Shown: positions 8,589-8,928 of the stretch, piece by piece
Position numbering within the stretch: the first letter of the stretch is position 1
Layout of the letters: each line of letters opens with the position of its first letter
Assembly: GCA_051294375.1 (NCBI GenBank)
Contig: JBJCIZ010001087.1
Coordinates: forward strand, 1 to 8,928
Direction of reading: 5' to 3'
Length of the DNA stretch: 8,928 nt
From: Paraspadella gotoi
Lineage: Eukaryota; Animalia; Chaetognatha
Notes under the pieces: model-generated
What the model was told of the DNA's origin: nothing
Databases searched by the model: none
The model's input: the letters and a program-made list of their open reading frames with translations, nothing else
Position numbers and translations under genes: made by a program

Positions 8589-8835
8589 NNNNNNNNNNNN
8601 NNNNNNNNNNNNNNNNNNNNNNNNNNNNNNNNNNNNNNNNNNNNNNNNNNNNNNNNNNNNNNNNNNNNNNNNNNNNNNNNNNNNNNNNNNNNNNNNNNNN
8701 NNNNNNNNNNNNNNNNNNNNNNNNNNNNNNNNNNNNNNNNNNNNNNNNNNNNNNNNNNNNNNNNNNNNNNNNNNNNNNNNNNNNNNNNNNNNNNNNNNNN
8801 NNNNNNNNNNNNNNNNNNNNNNNNNNNNNNNNNNN
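8589..8835. other. Assembly/scaffold gap (247 N)
   Basis: Run of N characters. Confidence 1.
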
Positions 8836-8928
8836 CGATACGCGAACAAGAACTCGTCGAAGAAAAGGTTCTAAGACAAAAAAAGGTAAAAAAGCGCCGA
8901 GCATCGAATCCCGAAACAAAGAGGAAAG

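Noticed and set aside
8518-8919. ORFs 8518..8919 and 8556..8849
   Set aside because: They run through the N gap and are artefacts.

Overview
This window looks like low-quality eukaryotic genomic sequence, not prokaryotic or viral. It has several (CT/AG)n microsatellites, a perfect (GAAT)23 tract, AT-rich intron-like spacers with candidate splice acceptors, and a 247-N gap (8589-8835). The dominant feature is a ~2.9-kb tandem array of an 18-bp unit, GACGATGACGACGACGTT (~4902-7835). Deviations from this unit are mostly single-base insertions or deletions, as expected from an uncorrected long read, so reading frames across the window are unreliable. The long minus-strand ORFs over the array are largely artefacts, because the reverse-complement unit has no stop codon in any frame. 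The best biological candidate is on the + strand and is missing from the ORF track. There the unit reads Asp-Asp-Asp-Asp-Asp-Val, preceded by an ATG in good context (MAPRSENDD..., 4881) and followed by an acidic non-repetitive tail ending at TAG 7971-7973. This suggests a frameshift-broken gene for an extremely acidic protein of roughly 900-1,000 aa, though a non-coding minisatellite cannot be excluded. No recognisable named gene, RNA gene, mobile element or CRISPR array was found.
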